Shown: positions 1 to 14,068, numbered from the stretch's first letter. The stretch: 64,000 bases of DNA from Mobula hypostoma (GCF_963921235.1 NC_086097.1:51710001-51774000), one strand, 5' to 3'. Notes: generated from the letters alone by a model not told the origin. Program-made: numbers and translations.

Positions 1-702
1 CCTCCAGTCCCCATGGTTATGACGTCTGTACATGGCTTACATAAAACTGCTGCACACGTACATGAGGTATGTGCTTGCGCGTAAACCAATAAATTACCAG
101 GGAAGAAAGGTGACAACTGAATAAAAATTACAAGAGCAGATGGTTTCCTGGAAGGATGCTGTAGTCAGTCTGTGTGGGAGTTGCAAAGGGGAATGTGTTA
201 AGTACAGAGTGAGATTTGCTCACCAGCCGACTGCTGTACTGTATATATTAGTGTACATTTTAAACTGCCAGAAAGCTAACTCAATGTGTCTAGTTTTGCT
301 AGGAAATGTAATATTGTAGATATATATAGTGGAGTAAGAATACTAGATCTTGTTTGAATTTGGTATTAATTTCTTCTGTATGATATTTGGCAGAAAAATA
401 ACTAATCTATTGAACATGAAAGCTGCTTAATGGCCATCACATTATGTTTGTATTGATTACAATAGTAATTTTGGTCAATAGAAATTACTTAGAAACAAGG
501 AAGGATAGTGGCTTTCCATGATTCATAAGAGCTGCTTATCTCAAGAAGGTAATGAAGAATTGTTATTTCCTGTTTTTTCAGGTCTCAACAAGACTAGTTC
601 ATGGGCTACTTAAATAAGAATAGAGATGCACAAATGAGATGGCCACCAGCAGAACGTCAAACCAGTTTAAGTTCCTTTCAGATCAAGCTACTGTTGTGAT
701 CC

Positions 703-933
703 TGAAGCACCTTCAATTATTCCAAAAGACTGAAGTAGGGTAAATACTGAAAGGTTTTTATTCGCGGTAAAATATGACTTCCTGCATGCTGCGTGTCTGC
801 CCCTGGACTAAGGGGGAAGAGCAGGGCGAAATCACCTTTATTCAGGGGTCTGCGGGAGGAGCCACAGGGGCAGTCAGCAGAGGGGCGTGTCCAGACAGTT
901 AACCCAGTTACAACATATATATGGTTTACCACA
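703..933 (-). mobile_element. Putative solo LTR (~231 bp)
   Basis: Minus strand begins TGTGGTAAACC and ends GTGCTTCA (TG...CA), with two AATAAA motifs. It is a GC-richer island in AT-rich DNA. The flanks (GATCC/GATAA) are only an imperfect target-site duplication. Confidence 0.5.
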
Positions 934-1245
934 GATAAACATCAGGGGACGTGTTGGGCCATTGATCACATGATCACCAGGTAAAAATCAAGGGCTTGAA
1001 CCTGCATGCTGTCATGTCTTGCAATGTCAGGTCATACCACAGGGTAATCTGAAGCCATGTAAATGATGCAATTTGAATTGCATCTTGTAAAGTTTAGGGT
1101 ATAATGTTATTAAAATATTTGAAGTCAAGTTATACATTAATGAATGGAAGTATAGCTGGAATGGCTGAGAGAAACTGTTAAACTATTAACTACATAATGC
1201 AAGAGATGTAATAGTCAAGATAGTCAAATTCTTTACTTAAAAGTT

Positions 1246-1710
1246 TCAAGAGACATTTTTATTATCAAAGTACTTATTTGCCACTATATACAACCCTGAG
1301 ATTATTCTCTCATGGGCATTCACAGTAGAACTCAAGAAGTACAATAGAATCAATGAAAAACGATGCACGAAGACAGAAAACCAACTAATGTGAACAAGGA
1401 GGCAAACTGTGCAAGTACAGAAACAAAACAAGTAATAGTAATAAATAAACAGCAAACAAATAATAATAACAAATAAATAACACTGAAAATTTGAATTGTA
1501 GAGTCTTTGAAAGCGAGTTTATAGCTTGTGAAATCAGATCAGTGTTGAGTGAAGTTAATCACCCTGGTTCAGGAGCCTAATGGTTGGAGCACAATAACTG
1601 TTCCTAAACCTGGTGGTGAGAGTCCTAATGCTCCTTCACCTTCTTTCCAATGGCAGAAGCGAGAAGAGAGCGCAGCCTGGATGGTGGGTGCCATTGATGA
1701 TGGAAGGATG
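1246..1710 (-). mobile_element. 3' fragment of a LINE (Rex/Babar-type 3' UTR and ORF2 end)
   Basis: Its TTTATTATCAAAGTAC...ACAACCCTGAGATT end is the reverse complement of the same 3' end seen on + at ~3420-3460. It continues into sequence resembling the ORF2 ends at 23630-23740 and 24310-24460. Confidence 0.6.
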
Positions 1711-2814
1711 GCCTGGATGGTTTATTGTGGCATAAAAGCATATTCTTTGCTAATTGCAACTCCCGATCTCAGGCACTGTTCACTGTAGGTAAACCATTTT
1801 CTTGGCCATGAGCCTCTGATCTGAACTTTGGTGAAAGTGTCACAACATCCCACAGACCATGATTCTTGTAGAAAATCCACCCTTCTGGTCCCAAACATTG
1901 ATGAAGCCTCGATTTCTCTTGATGAAGATTCCACCTAAAACCTCCTAGTGGTGTTGTTCAGTTCTGATGGATGAGGACTGGGGCCTGGAATTATGTCACC
2001 AGAAGCCAGTCTTCAAGAACGATAAAGTGCTTTCGAAGAGGGACACGGGGGCGGGGGGGGGGCGGGTTTCAATACTGACTGGAGCCTGGAAAGAGTTAGG
2101 ACTTTGAGCATTGTTTAGGGCCTAGAAAAGTGGGCTCAGTTGGACCTATCGCCAGGTTGAACATTTCCCCATTAGTCTTGTAGATTACTTTCATATCAGT
2201 GAGGAGCTCATTGGAGGCTGATACAATGTTATGGCAAAAAAAGGGAAAAAGTGTTGGGCACGATATTGTTTTCCTTGATATTGAATCCGTTGTAAATCCG
2301 TTGGTTAAGTTCATGCCTTATAGCCCCCAATGAAGCAAGCATATGTAAAGAAAAAAATTTCTCGGGTATCTTTCCTGCCCTTTCCAATTCAAGGGTAAAA
2401 AAGACCTTAATGATATAAAGATGGCAGTAGATGGTGCTGCTCAGCGTATCTCCCTTGGACAGTTGTGTGGTGAGATCATGCCCACAGTGCCTCTGGACAA
2501 ACCCCTACTGTAACTCTGGGAACAGCTCTTTAGGAGGAACCCTGCTGGCAGTTTTCTCTGTAGCAGCCATCAGGGAGACCACTCTGTAGTTGAACTTGTC
2601 TTCTTTCTAAGGCACAGTTACTGAGTTTCAAATCTTCCACATCAAAATGTGAGTGACAGCTGTGGATTAAGGTGGCACTGATCTTCTGGTTTAAGATGGT
2701 ACCGGTGAGGCCCATTGACTACCTATTGGTGGCAAACAAAACAAGGAATCCAACTAAATACTTTATTAATAACACTTTTACTGGTAAAATTTACGGTAAA
2801 CTATCACTGCAAAC

Positions 2815-3485
2815 AATAGAGAGGTGGGTGGAGGTGTTGAAGAGTTGAGAGTTGAAGTGAGCGGGTGCAAGATGAAGTTGAGGTGAGATCGAGGCAGATT
2901 CGAGGTGAGTGGAGGTGAGGCAAAGTCAGTTGAGTGGAAGCGAGGAAGAGTTAAGGCATGTCCACCTAAACCGAAAGTGAGGAAAGACCCGAGATCTGAT
3001 TGATCTAAGCGCCAGGTAAATTTGGAAGTATCGGATTTGGGCCAAAACGTGGCAGCGGTGTCCAGGCCCAGAGCATGTGAAAGTGACAGGCCCTGGGTTG
3101 TAGAGTGAAGAGTGACCCGATGTTTGGATGATTTAAATGCTGGATCAGATTTGAAAAGCAGTGTGTCAAGACCAAAGACGGGGGTTAGGCTAGTTCTGCT
3201 TGCTGCCCCACTATGTTTACTTGGCTCCATGCTGAAATGAGGCTGAAGTGGCTGCCCCAGGCTTTGTGTCTGTGGACTCACTTTCATTCTGAATGCTATT
3301 TTCTTATTTTTATTATTTGTATGATGTTTTTTTTTCTCTGCACGTTGGGTGTTTGATGTTTTTCTTTTTATATGGGTTCTATTGGGTTTCTTTGTTTTGT
3401 GGCTGCCTGTAAGGAGACAAATCTCAAGGCTATATGATGTATACATACTTTGATAATAATTGTACTTTGAACTTTGAACTTTGAA
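2815..3485 (+). mobile_element. LINE-related interspersed repeat ending in a (CTTTGAA)n tail
   Basis: T-rich 3' UTR followed by TACTTTGATAATAA and the tandem tail CTTTGAACTTTGAACTTTGAA. The 5' boundary is approximate. Confidence 0.5.
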
Positions 3486-5600
3486 TTTGTGACTGAAATT
3501 TATCATTGATGGTTTTAAAACCTCACTGTGGTTCCTGGGGCCTTCTCATTCTTTTGTTGACATATGATCTTTCTGACCTCTTGAGAATCAAGGCTAGAGC
3601 AAAAGCCAGATTAGGTATTTTGCTCTAGATTGGAATAAAGAGCACTCACCCCAAGGACATCTTCGTGTTCTCTACAACAGACAATATCCTGACTCACAGT
3701 GGTTGGGACTCCCAGTGTTTGTGCTAGAGATGGCTTTAACACCACTGAAAAATCTACACATCACAGATGGAAATAGTGAGTATGTGTTTGTCAGTATTTG
3801 TTTCTCACTGAACAAGTGAAATTCAATGAGTTCTATCATTCCTGCTGGAGCCTTAGGCTCACCAGTGTAGCTCCTTAAAAGTGGACCTCAGTTGTCAAAA
3901 GGGAAGCTGTTATGTTCATTTTGTTCATGAATGGGATACATATTCCTGTGGGATACACTTTTTCCTGGAGGCATACTTAGAAAACATAAAAAATAAAAGC
4001 ACGAGTAAGTCTCTCAAGCCTTCTCTTCAATTCAATGAGACCATGCCTTTCCATAATGACCTTTCACCCCTTTGCTTATTAAGTGCCTTTCTTACCTTGC
4101 CTTAAAAATAATCAAAATCTTTGCTTCAACTTCCCTTTGGGGAAAAATAGAGTTCCAAATACTTCAATCTTCTGATGTAATTTCATCTGAACTAAATAAG
4201 TGTCACTTTATTTTAAAACAACAGCACCAAGCTGTAGTTTCTTTCAGAAAAGGATGCATATTCTCCACATATACCCTCAAAACCCCTCAGAATCTTGCAA
4301 GCTTCAACACATATTTTGAAGCACTTGTAGATTATTAGGATTGAACAGGACATAATATTATTTTTTAAGCTAAATTTTTGATGTATTTTTTGTTTTAAAT
4401 ATGCCTTAGGTTTTGGAAGTGAGTGACTGGCGGGGGTGGAATATGTCTCATGCACTGACACATAATAAGTGAGTGTGATCTGCTTAGCGACAGAGTGGGA
4501 GATGTTACGTGGGAAGATTCTAATTAAGGGATCCTGCATTAGATGTTTGATTGGCTGGCATTCTATGTCTGTGTTAACCGTGAAGTTGGACATTTGCACC
4601 AGCATTTAGAATATAAAAATATAGTATCTTAATAAGAAGGTGAATAGAAAAACTATCACTTCATTCGGTGAAAGTGTTTAATATTCTGAAGTAAGATATA
4701 TTCCCAGAGTTTCTACTGCCCTAGATCTTAGTGTCACTTGCTGTTTAGAATATAGCATGCACATTTCACATATGGACCATGACTAAACTCAGAGAGTGGT
4801 TGTTAAAAAGGACAGCAAGTTTTGTTGTCCAAAGCTTTTAAATTGTTTAAAAATGAAGTGAGACTATTGCATAATTTAAAAATAACAGTAAAAAAATTGA
4901 TCCGGATGGGTCTAATGAATATATATTTTTTGAAAATGGGCTAAATTTTAAATAATTCCTAACAACAGGAAGCACCATGTATTGTTAAACAAAATGAAAT
5001 TTTAATTTATAATTTCTGGTAATGTTTCTGTTTAGATGTTTCTGAGATGCATGCTCTGAACAGGACAGATTTTATTCTGTGACGCTGAGGCATGTTTCCA
5101 AGTATGACTGGACCCCCACGTACATTTTGCAGTTCCATGGCAGATGGAACATTTTCTGGCACATGCTTCTGTTGAGCGTTCACATTGTGTTTGGCTGTGA
5201 ACCCTCCTGGTAGGAAATAGTTTTTTTTGTAAGCTCTTCAATAATGCCTGTATATTATGATTAAAAGTTCAGCATTCCTTTAGTTAGCCATCAAAAGTTA
5301 GCTAGTTTATTCATCGCAAATATAGAAGTTAGGAATAGAAATGTGTAGTGAGGAATAAAGCAGTTGTGAAACCACATAGTTGAATGATACAAGCAGGAAA
5401 CTAACACAAAGGCTTATCCATGACTTTATTCTAAAATTTATGTAATGTGTGATTAATAATAAACAGAAACAAAAATGCCACATAAAAATATAGAAGACAT
5501 ATTCCAGTCCTAGTGCATGTTTCTACCCAAAACATTGAAAACTCCTTCCTCTACAAAAGCTGCTCAATCCACTAAGTTTCTTCAGCAGATTGCTCGTTGC

Positions 5601-5797
5601 AGAACTGTTCCCTCTAAGCTGTGCGGGTGAGCGGCCACATGGTAACTGAAATGCTCCAGCGCACCTGGCCTTTGTTGCCGCGCAGCTGGCATTTTCTATT
5701 ATATAGGCCCAGCACGCAGTTTTCAGGCCGTGTAAGACTTTCCCGCTCACAGCAATGGCTGGCGTATCAGGTGGAAAAACCATGAGAGGGAACATTG
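5601..5797. mobile_element. MITE-like non-autonomous DNA element inserted in a Penelope-type terminal fragment
   Basis: Inverted repeats TGTTCCCTCT (5606-5615) and AGAGGGAACA (5785-5794) bound a GC-rich insert. The flanks 5525-5600 and 5798-5830 resemble the contiguous sequence at 12540-12650. Confidence 0.55.
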
Positions 5798-6869
5798 CTC
5801 CAGGTTCCAGAGACTGTAGTCTCTCGTCTCTACAAGTGAAATATTGTGCATATGTTACGTGAAATCACATTTTGCCATGGAATGAATCAGAATGGTGCTA
5901 CAGTGGCATTTCTAAAATGATAACTGATCATAGAAAAGCAATATAGACAATACTTCAGCTGTTTTCTAGTACATGTATATTATGTAGTGCCAATTTGAAT
6001 CATTTGGTAACCTCCTCTCCTAGCAGTTCCTAACAATATCAATTTATATTCGCATTGGTCTAGCTCTCTCCATCTTTCAGCAAAAGCAATGGGAGTTGCT
6101 CACCATTAATCTCAGCCCAATACCTATGTTCAGTTAGCTTTTATTCCCTTTACAGCTGCAATACCAGCAAGTGTGTGTTTCCTCATTTCTTCATTAACAA
6201 TGTTATCACAGATACGCCTGTTATATTTAATCCCATGTGCTGTTATCTTGTCAATGTTCCCATTCCATTCAGTTCGCAGATTTACTTTCAAGTGACAGAA
6301 AGTAACCTCTCAGTGAGCCAATGGCTGCTGTTACATTTAGCCCAAAAGCCACTGTAATTTATATGGTTTCCTTGACAAGAATTATAGTGTTATTTTTGTA
6401 AATGATGATGTCACAGAGCAAATTTAAATTGAGGTCTTCCTCTCAGCAACACTAAAAATAACTAAGGAACATCACTGAGATCCTAAGAATGTTAAGAAAA
6501 AGAATCATTTCTATACTTGAGTGCTTTGCTCCTCATTTGAAAATGCCATAATGAAAAATGGGTACCAAGTGTGACAGCCTATTAATAAATCATAATGGGA
6601 AAATAGTTGGATTTTCCCATTCTTAGAATAATATTTTTTTGGCTACAAAAAAGCTGATCACATTTCGTGTTTTTAAATATGTAAAATATATTTTATTTCA
6701 TCAGAGTTCATGATAGCCAATAATAATGATAAATTCTTCCTTGACTAAAGCTTCAACAGTGAGTCAGACCTAATAAAAACTGTGAATGTTAAAAACTTCA
6801 ATGGATATAAAGGTTACTACATGTCAAAGAGTATTATACTGTATGTTTAAGAATCAGAGTCATGTTTTA

Positions 6870-7420
6870 CAGCATAGAAACGTGCCCGTCAAACCAACTT
6901 GCCCATGCTGACCAAATTGCCTACCTGAGCTAGTTCAACTTCCCTGTGTTTGGCCAATATTCCTCTATCCATGTACCTATGTAAATGTCTTTTAAATGTT
7001 GTAATTGTAACCACCTCTACCAGTTCTCCTGGCAGCTCATTCAATATACACACCACTCACTATGCGGAAAAAGTTGCTCCCTAAGAACCATTTAAATCTT
7101 TCCCCTCTCACTTTAAATGTATTTAGACTCCCTTACCCTGGGAAAAGGACTGTGACCATTCACTTTACCTATTCCCATCATGATTTTATATACAAGGTCA
7201 CCCCTCTAGAAGGAAAACAGTCCCAACCATCCAGTTTCTCTTTATACCTCAACCTTTACAGTCTGAGTAACACCCTTGCTAATCTTTACTCACCCTTTCC
7301 AGTTTCACGACATCCTTCCTATAGCTGGCTGATCATAACTGCACACAACAAGTGCAGTCTCAGTCTCACCAACATCTTGTATAGCTTTAACATGATATCC
7401 TAACTCTTAAAATCATTGCC
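6870..7420 (-). mobile_element. CR1-type LINE 3' end, degraded
   Basis: Reverse-complement similarity to the CR1 3' end at 13261-13838, including the tail at CATAGAAAC. Confidence 0.75.
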
Positions 7421-8015
7421 CAAACCAAAGCTGCTCACAATGCTCCACATCTGGTCTGACCAATGCCTTATGAAGCCTCAGAATTATATCGTTGCTTTTA
7501 TATTCTAGTCCTCAGGAACTACAATAAAATATTCTGTGAAGTTCAACTGGTCAAAATCTAGTTCTGCTGTTTGGACAGTAGATCTAGAACCTGGGATCAC
7601 AGTCTTAGCACACGCATTAGAACACAGAACAGTACAGGCCCTTCGGCCCACATAGTTGTGCAATTAGGGCAATTTGGACTGAGATTATGAGATATCTTAT
7701 TTAGCCTCAGGCCTGTATTCCTGCCACCCTCTGGTAACCTTCACCCTCTTACTAATAAAGAATGAATTTAAGTATACCTTAAATATACCAAGTGGAGAAC
7801 CAGTGAGATTGTATCTGCTGTAGAGCTACTGTGGTGATAGGTAAGTTATAGTAGGCCCAGGTCCTTGCTTAGGCAAGAGTTGATTCTAGCCATGACCGAC
7901 CTCTCAAAGCGCTTCATCACGGTAGATGTGAATGTCACTGCGCAATAGTTGGTGAGGCAGCTCACCCCGCTCTTCTTGGCCTCTGGTATGACTGTCGCCA
8001 CTTTGAAGCAGGTGG

Positions 8016-9270
8016 ATCAAATGCCTTACTAAAATCCATGTAGACAACATCCACTACTCTACCTTCATCAATCACCCTCCTCACCATGTCAAATGCTCAA
8101 TCAAGTTAGTAAGACATGACTTGCCCTGCACAAAGCCGTGTTGGCTCTCCCTAATTAGGCCATTGATTTCCAAATGCTCATAAATCCTATCTCTCAGAAT
8201 TCTCTCCAGTAACTTCCTTACTACTGACATGAGATTTACTGGTCTATAGTTTCCAAGATTATCCCTGTTTCTATCTTTGAACAATGGAACAACATTAACA
8301 ACTGCTAGTCCACTGGAAACTCGCCTAAAGCAAGAAAGGACACGAAGATTTTGGTCAAGACCCCAGCAAGCTCTTGCCTCTCTCAATAACCTGGGGTGTA
8401 CTGTATCCATCAGGCTATGGAGACTTATCCACCTTAATGGTCTTTCAGAGACCCAACACTATCTCCTCCTTTACTTCAAAATGTCCTGGCATATTAATAC
8501 TCTCAAGCACTGATCTCCCTATCCTCCACATCTTTCTCTGTGGTAAATACTGATGTAAAATACTCATTAAGAACCTCGCCCTCATCCCTTGTGTCCAAGC
8601 AAATGTTCCCCCCTTTATCTTTGAGCAGTCCCACTCTCTCCCTAGTTATCCTCTCGCTCCTGATTTACAGTATGTATAGATGCCTTAGAATCCTACTTGC
8701 AAAGGACTTTTCATGGCTCCTCTCGACTTTCCTAATTCCCTTCTTGAGTTCATTTCTGGCTTTTTTATAATCCTGAGGGGCTTTGTTTTATTCTACTTAC
8801 TAAGCTTTACGTATGTTCCCTTTTCCTTTTTGTCTAAATTCATCACCTCCCTCAACATCCAGGGTTCTCTTACCTTGCCATCCCCGTCCTTCGTTCTGAT
8901 GTCCCGTACTCTGTGCAGTTGGTCTTTAAATACTCTCATGTTGGATTCAACTTGCCCAAAAACAGCTGTTCCCAATTAACTTCGCCTAGTTCCTCCCTAA
9001 TGCTCTAGTAATTTGCCCTGCTCCAATTTAATACTCTCCCGTAAGGACCATATTTATTCTAATCTATAGCTATCTTAAAGCATAAGGAGCTGTAGTGACC
9101 GTTCCCTAACTGTTCACCCACTGACAGGTCGGTCACTTGGCCAGGCTCATTACCCAACACCAGACCCAGTACAGCCCCTTGTCTTGTTGGACTAGCTACA
9201 TATTGATTTAAGAAACCCTTCTGGGTACACTTAACAAATTGTGCCCCATCTAAATCACTTGCATTAACTG
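8016..9270 (-). mobile_element. CR1-type LINE ORF2 fragment (endonuclease-RT linker and RT N-terminus), degraded
   Basis: Translations VVPLFKDRNRDNLGNYRPVNLMSVVRKLLE...ESQHGFVQGKSCLTNLIE and FLNQYVASPTRQGAVLGLVLGNEPGQV are characteristic CR1 ORF2 motifs. Multiple frameshifts and stops. Confidence 0.9.
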
Positions 9271-10789
9271 AATCTTTATGTAAACTGAATGAGTGAAAAA
9301 ACATGATAAGTATAATTGAATAGAAGTGCTTTGTAAGGAGCTCTGAAGTAAAATGAAGCAGTATCAGAAAGCCCGGCAAAGGTCTCACGTGGGCGGGCCA
9401 GCCTTGACACTTCTCCTTGGGAAATATTCCTTATGTTGGACAGTTCTCCGAGACAATGCCACCATCAGAACTCCGAGGAGTTATGACATGGACCTTACAG
9501 CGACCTCTAGTGACTTAGGTGAGAATGACAGTGTTGAAGCAATGGGCTTGGCAACCATGTCACTGCTTGCCCCAATAAAGACCAAGGACGTGAAGACAAG
9601 CAGGACTGAAGATAGGGCCTATGAATGGAGACATTTGGTTTTTCATCAACTGCCTGAACCAGAAAAGATTGATAAATGGTCCAAAGAAATTCCACATCTT
9701 AAAAAACGAAGCTTAAAAAGCTGAGCTTCAATGTATTAGTAACATATACAAATAGCTCCCATAAGATTGCATCTAAACTTTGGCTACTATGTTATCTTCT
9801 CAGCAAATCAGACATTTGACTCATAGAGTTGATGACAACATGGGAGATGGTAAGCAAAATATATTAGGGGGGTGGGATGCTATTATAAGAGCTGGTTGGA
9901 AGAAAAGGCCCCAGTGCAGACTGATTGAAGGAAAGCAGTTGACTGCAAGCAAAACGCTTCGGGGGATGTTTCTGAATATGAGGAACACTGCAGGACAGCA
10001 CGGTTAAGTTATTCAGGAGTTCCAGGAATAAATGAAAATGGCATAAAGGACTCTACATATGGTTCCTAGTAATCAACTTTTATGGATGGGTTGAAACCAG
10101 ATGCTGCCAAAATGGTGAAGCTAATAAAACTAAGCTGGAATGAAGCTGGTGTTCCATATAGTAAGCTAGTGCAAGCCGCCAAACAAGTGGAATGAGATAT
10201 CAAAATCAGAATAGGATCATTACAGGTGGGTCAGTTACCTGTTGATCGACAGCCACTGATCATGGGTCAGCATGCACTGCTTGCTAGTCAACGGTCATAG
10301 CTGTTGCAGGTGTGTCAACAGGCGAAACTCGTGAACCAACAGAAAAGCAGGACTGGAATTCACAGTGTGCACCACAGCAATCCCAGTCTGAGCCACACCT
10401 CCGACGCCAATCCCTAAAACAAAATATCACTTTTGTGGTAAAAGACACTGGGCGAGAAGTTGTTGGCATAGGAAACAAAATGGGCAACAGAGACAAACCC
10501 AACAACAAATTCATTCCCCTGCCTTGCAAATGTTGAGAGATCCTGATCTGCTGTCACAGTTTCAATGAGCAATTTTGGATGAAATGGACATATTGTTGAA
10601 TTCAAAAATGACTATTGCTTCCCTGCAGCCCTTGCTCGCCTTATTAGAGCAAAAATCAGGCAGCTTGTATGTTAACTTACTGCTTAGGAATGAACGTGCT
10701 GAATTTTTATTGGTTTAGGATGACTGTGCCAAGATAATAACAGGCCATGAAGATGCAAATTATTACAAAGAAACACCTCTATTGAACAC

Positions 10790-11215
10790 AGATCAGATTT
10801 TGTACAGATGACTCCTCAATGACTGAGAGAGGAATTTGAATGGCTGGATGTGCTGTTGGTTCTGAAACTGAGGTGCTGGTGTCAGAGATCGTGGCTCATC
10901 ATACCTTAATGCAATAGGTAGAGCTGAAATCCCTGACGGAAGGAAGATCAGCTAATATCTGCACTGATTCTCCATATGCTTTCAGATTTGCCCTTGACCT
11001 GGAAGCTTATGGAGACAAAGGAGATTTCTTACATCTGTAGAAACCCCAATCAAGAATGGCCAGCTAGTACAGGAGCTCATGAATGTTACACAATTGCTGT
11101 CAAAAGTAGTTATATTGAAATGTAAAATCCACTTAAAAATGACTATAATAGAAAGTGGTGGAAATGCATTCAAACACGATATTGCAAAAAAGACAGCACA
11201 GGAAGGGATAAAAGA
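10790..11215 (+). pseudogene. Retroviral RNase H remnant
   Basis: TDDSS...VELKSL...ANICTDSPYAF...WRQRRFLTSVETPIKNG...VVILKCKIH...GNAFKHDIAKKTA matches the gamma/epsilon-retroviral RNase H motif order. Stops and frameshifts present. Confidence 0.8.
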
Positions 11216-11609
11216 AATGAAAGAAGTACCAGAAGTGCAGAAGGTCAAAGAATTAAAAGTAGTATAGAGAACACATAAAGTGAACTTGACATCTAAAGTT
11301 ATGAAAATGAAGTTGAAATCTGGAAGTTTGGTTGATTGCCGAACTTTCAAAATGTTTGCAGATGTTTTGGCTTCAATCAAGAAGCCATCATCAGTGCGCA
11401 GTTGAGGGTGTTGTCTCCTCAGAATGCTGGTTTATATACTCCTCCGGGGTCTGATTGGATATTGATTCGACATCGTGAACTGGTTGGCTGGTTCAAAACA
11501 CTGAACAGTTTAGCAGTAGAAGGTTCTGATTGGCCAGATTTGAGGGAGGTCCGTTGGAAATGTTTGCTTTGATGTCCGGGTCTGTATCACAGATCAACAT
11601 ACAAGATAT

Positions 11610-13095
11610 TTGAGAGATGCAAGCTCAATGGTCGAACCAAGAAAACTGGCTCTGGATGAAGAATGGTGGAAGTTTAACAGTGATGGGGTTTGGAGATATG
11701 GTACTAGTCACAGACTAGTAGCTCCAACTACGTTGCTTCCTCATCTGGCACAGCTGATATATTGGAGTGGAAAAGATGATCCACAGATTCTCCCATTGGT
11801 GGTGGAATCTCATGTTCAGAGCATAGGCTCAACAAACATCTGGAAGATGCATGACAGGGCAGAAAACAAATCCTAGGGCATCAGACAAGCTACCACAGTT
11901 AAGTGCTCCTGCCCCACTTGGTCCATTTTTAGATCTACTTCATTTCTTTACCAAAGTGTCAAGGATACTCAGATATACTGGTAATAGTGGAAATGTTTTC
12001 AAGATTGACGCAAGCTATTCCAGCAAGGAAAGCCACTGCCACACACACAGCAAAAATTTTAATCAAGGCCTATATTCCTAGATGGGGATTGCCCTGTCAC
12101 ATTGCCTCTGACCAAGTAACCCATTTCAATTCTACTTCCCATTCCCATTCCGACATATCAGTCCATGGTCTCCTCTACTGCTGCAATGAGACTGAACTAA
12201 GGTTGGAGGAGTAACACCTTATATTCCAAATGAATGTTACTTTCTTGAACATCTGGTAATTGCCCCCAACACACCATTCCCCATTCCTGTTTCCCTTTCT
12301 CACCTTACCTCCTTATCTGTCCATCACCTTGCCCCAGTGCTCCTCCCCCTTCCCTTCCTTCCATGGTCTTCTCTTCTCTCCTGTCAGATTCCCCCTTCTC
12401 CAGCCCTTTATCTCTTTCACCAATCAACTTTCCAGCTCTACTTCATCCCCTCTCACCTACCACCTTGTAGTTCTTCCTCCCTTCCCCCACCTTCTTACTC
12501 TAATTTCTCCTCTCCCTTTCCAGTCTTGATGGGGAGTCTCAGCCAGAAATGTCTACTGTTAACTTTTTTCCACAGATGCTGCCTGACCTGCTGAGTTCTC
12601 CCAGCATTTTGTGCGTGCTGCTTTGGATTTCCAGCATCTGCAGATTTTATCTTGTTTGTGACACATTTCACCAGGAGTGTCAGAAATGACGTTTTCTGGT
12701 GAACACTGAATGACTTTTTATTGTGCACATCACCAGGTTCATCAGTACAAGTTGAATGAATGAATGGAATCCTCAAACAACAACTCATTAAGTATCATGA
12801 AGAAGGCGTACCACAGCTTACGGTTCTTCCTATGGTCTTATATATCATTAGTGCAACCCCACACAAGAAAACTAAATTAAGTCTATTTGAGGTGGAAACA
12901 GGGCGACCCAAGTCATTGCTTGTTCTCAGAGAGGCTGATATACATATTATGGCACTTGGCATAGTTAACTATTGTGTGAAATTAACCCATGCTGTACAGT
13001 CTGCCTGCCACAGATTTCTATCTCTTGGTGATCCAACAGAAGGAGGACACAGCCTGATCCCTGGTGAGTGGGTCCTGATTAAGGCATTGAGGTAA
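11610..13095 (+). pseudogene. Retroviral integrase remnant split by an insertion
   Basis: PLGPF, ILVIVEMFSRLTQAIPARKATA, IPRWGLPCHIASDQ; after the insert, MNGILKQQL...SATPHKKTKLSLFEVETGRP...IPGEWVLIK. Confidence 0.85.
12115..12660 (+). mobile_element. Penelope-like element 3' fragment (GIY-YIG endonuclease C-terminus plus pyrimidine-rich UTR)
   Basis: HFNSTSHSHSDISVHGLLYCCNETELRLEE*HLIF resembles the Penelope endonuclease end, followed by a CT-rich tract. It interrupts the integrase between SDQ and THFT. Confidence 0.7.
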
Positions 13096-13260
13096 ATGTG
13101 TTAGCAACCTCTGACCTAGTGTCTATGCTGCTGGACTACAGTGAGCAAATCACTAACCAGCCAGAAGACCTTGAACAGAGTCGATAATTACTGGACATTA
13201 TGAAGTTTAATCTAATATTATTTGTTGTTGTTATATATTAACTAATTTTTCCCACTCACA

Positions 13261-13838
13261 ATGTATAAGGCATTGGTGAGGCCGAATCTGGAGTATTGTG
13301 TGCAGTTTTGGTCACCAAATTACAGGAAGGATATAAATAAGGTTGAAAGAGTGCAGAGAAGGTTTACAAGGATGTTGCTGGGACTTGAGAAACTCAGTTA
13401 CAGAGAAAGGTTGAATAGGTGAGGACTTTATTCCCTGGAGCGTAGAAGAATGAGGGGAGATTTGATAGAGGTATATAAAATTATGATGGGTATAGACAGA
13501 GTGAAGGCAAACAGGCTTTTTCCACTGAGGCAAGGGGAGAAAAAAACCAGAGGACATGGGTTAAGGGTGAGGGGGGAAAAGTTTAAAGGGAACATTAGGG
13601 GGGGCTTCTTCACACAGAGAGTGGTGGGAGTATGGAATGAGCTGCCAGACGAGGTGGTAAATGCGGGTTCTTTTTTAACATTTAAGAATAAATTGGACAG
13701 ATACATGGATGGGAGGTGTATGGAGGGATATGGTCCGTGTGCAGGTCAGTGGGACTAGGCAGAAAATGGTTCGGCACAGCCAAGAAGGGCCAAGGGCCTG
13801 TTTCTGTGCTGTAGTTTCCATGGTTTCTATGGTTTCTA
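13261..13838 (+). mobile_element. 5'-truncated CR1-type LINE, relatively intact
   Basis: ORF2 C-terminus MRGDLIEVYKIM...TRGHGLRV...FFTQRVVGVWNELP and a (GTTTCTATG)-like tandem tail at 13814-13838. Confidence 0.95.
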
Positions 13839-14014
13839 TAATACGTACTTGCAGGTATCACATGAATTTGCTGATGCTGTTAATGCCTCTGCGGTTGGGT
13901 ATGTCAATATATATCACATACTTCAAAATATTCACCAATGTTAGGCATTCCTGCAGATTCAGAACAAACATGCACCCTTTTCCTTAAGCAAAGTTCATTA
14001 TCACAATCCAGCAA

Positions 14015-14068
14015 TTGATGGTTCTTCAAAATCGTATGACATTAGATCTTCTCTTGGCAGTTAAGAGA
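14015..14068 (+). pseudogene. env: env TM immunosuppressive-domain remnant
   Basis: Direct translation LMVLQNRMTLDLLLAVKR matches the gamma-type env consensus LQNRxxLDLL. It lies downstream of integrase in the same orientation. Confidence 0.8.

Noticed and set aside
1950..2750. Possible further retroelement remnant on the minus strand (GTILNQKI)
   Set aside because: The motif is too short and degraded to support a call without a homology search.
2778..3506. 242-aa minus-strand ORF
   Set aside because: Low-complexity translation antisense to an interspersed repeat; no recognisable domain.
5036..5210. Possible host exon (TTTAG...GTAGG)
   Set aside because: All three forward frames contain early stops and no protein was recognised. 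A non-coding exon cannot be excluded.
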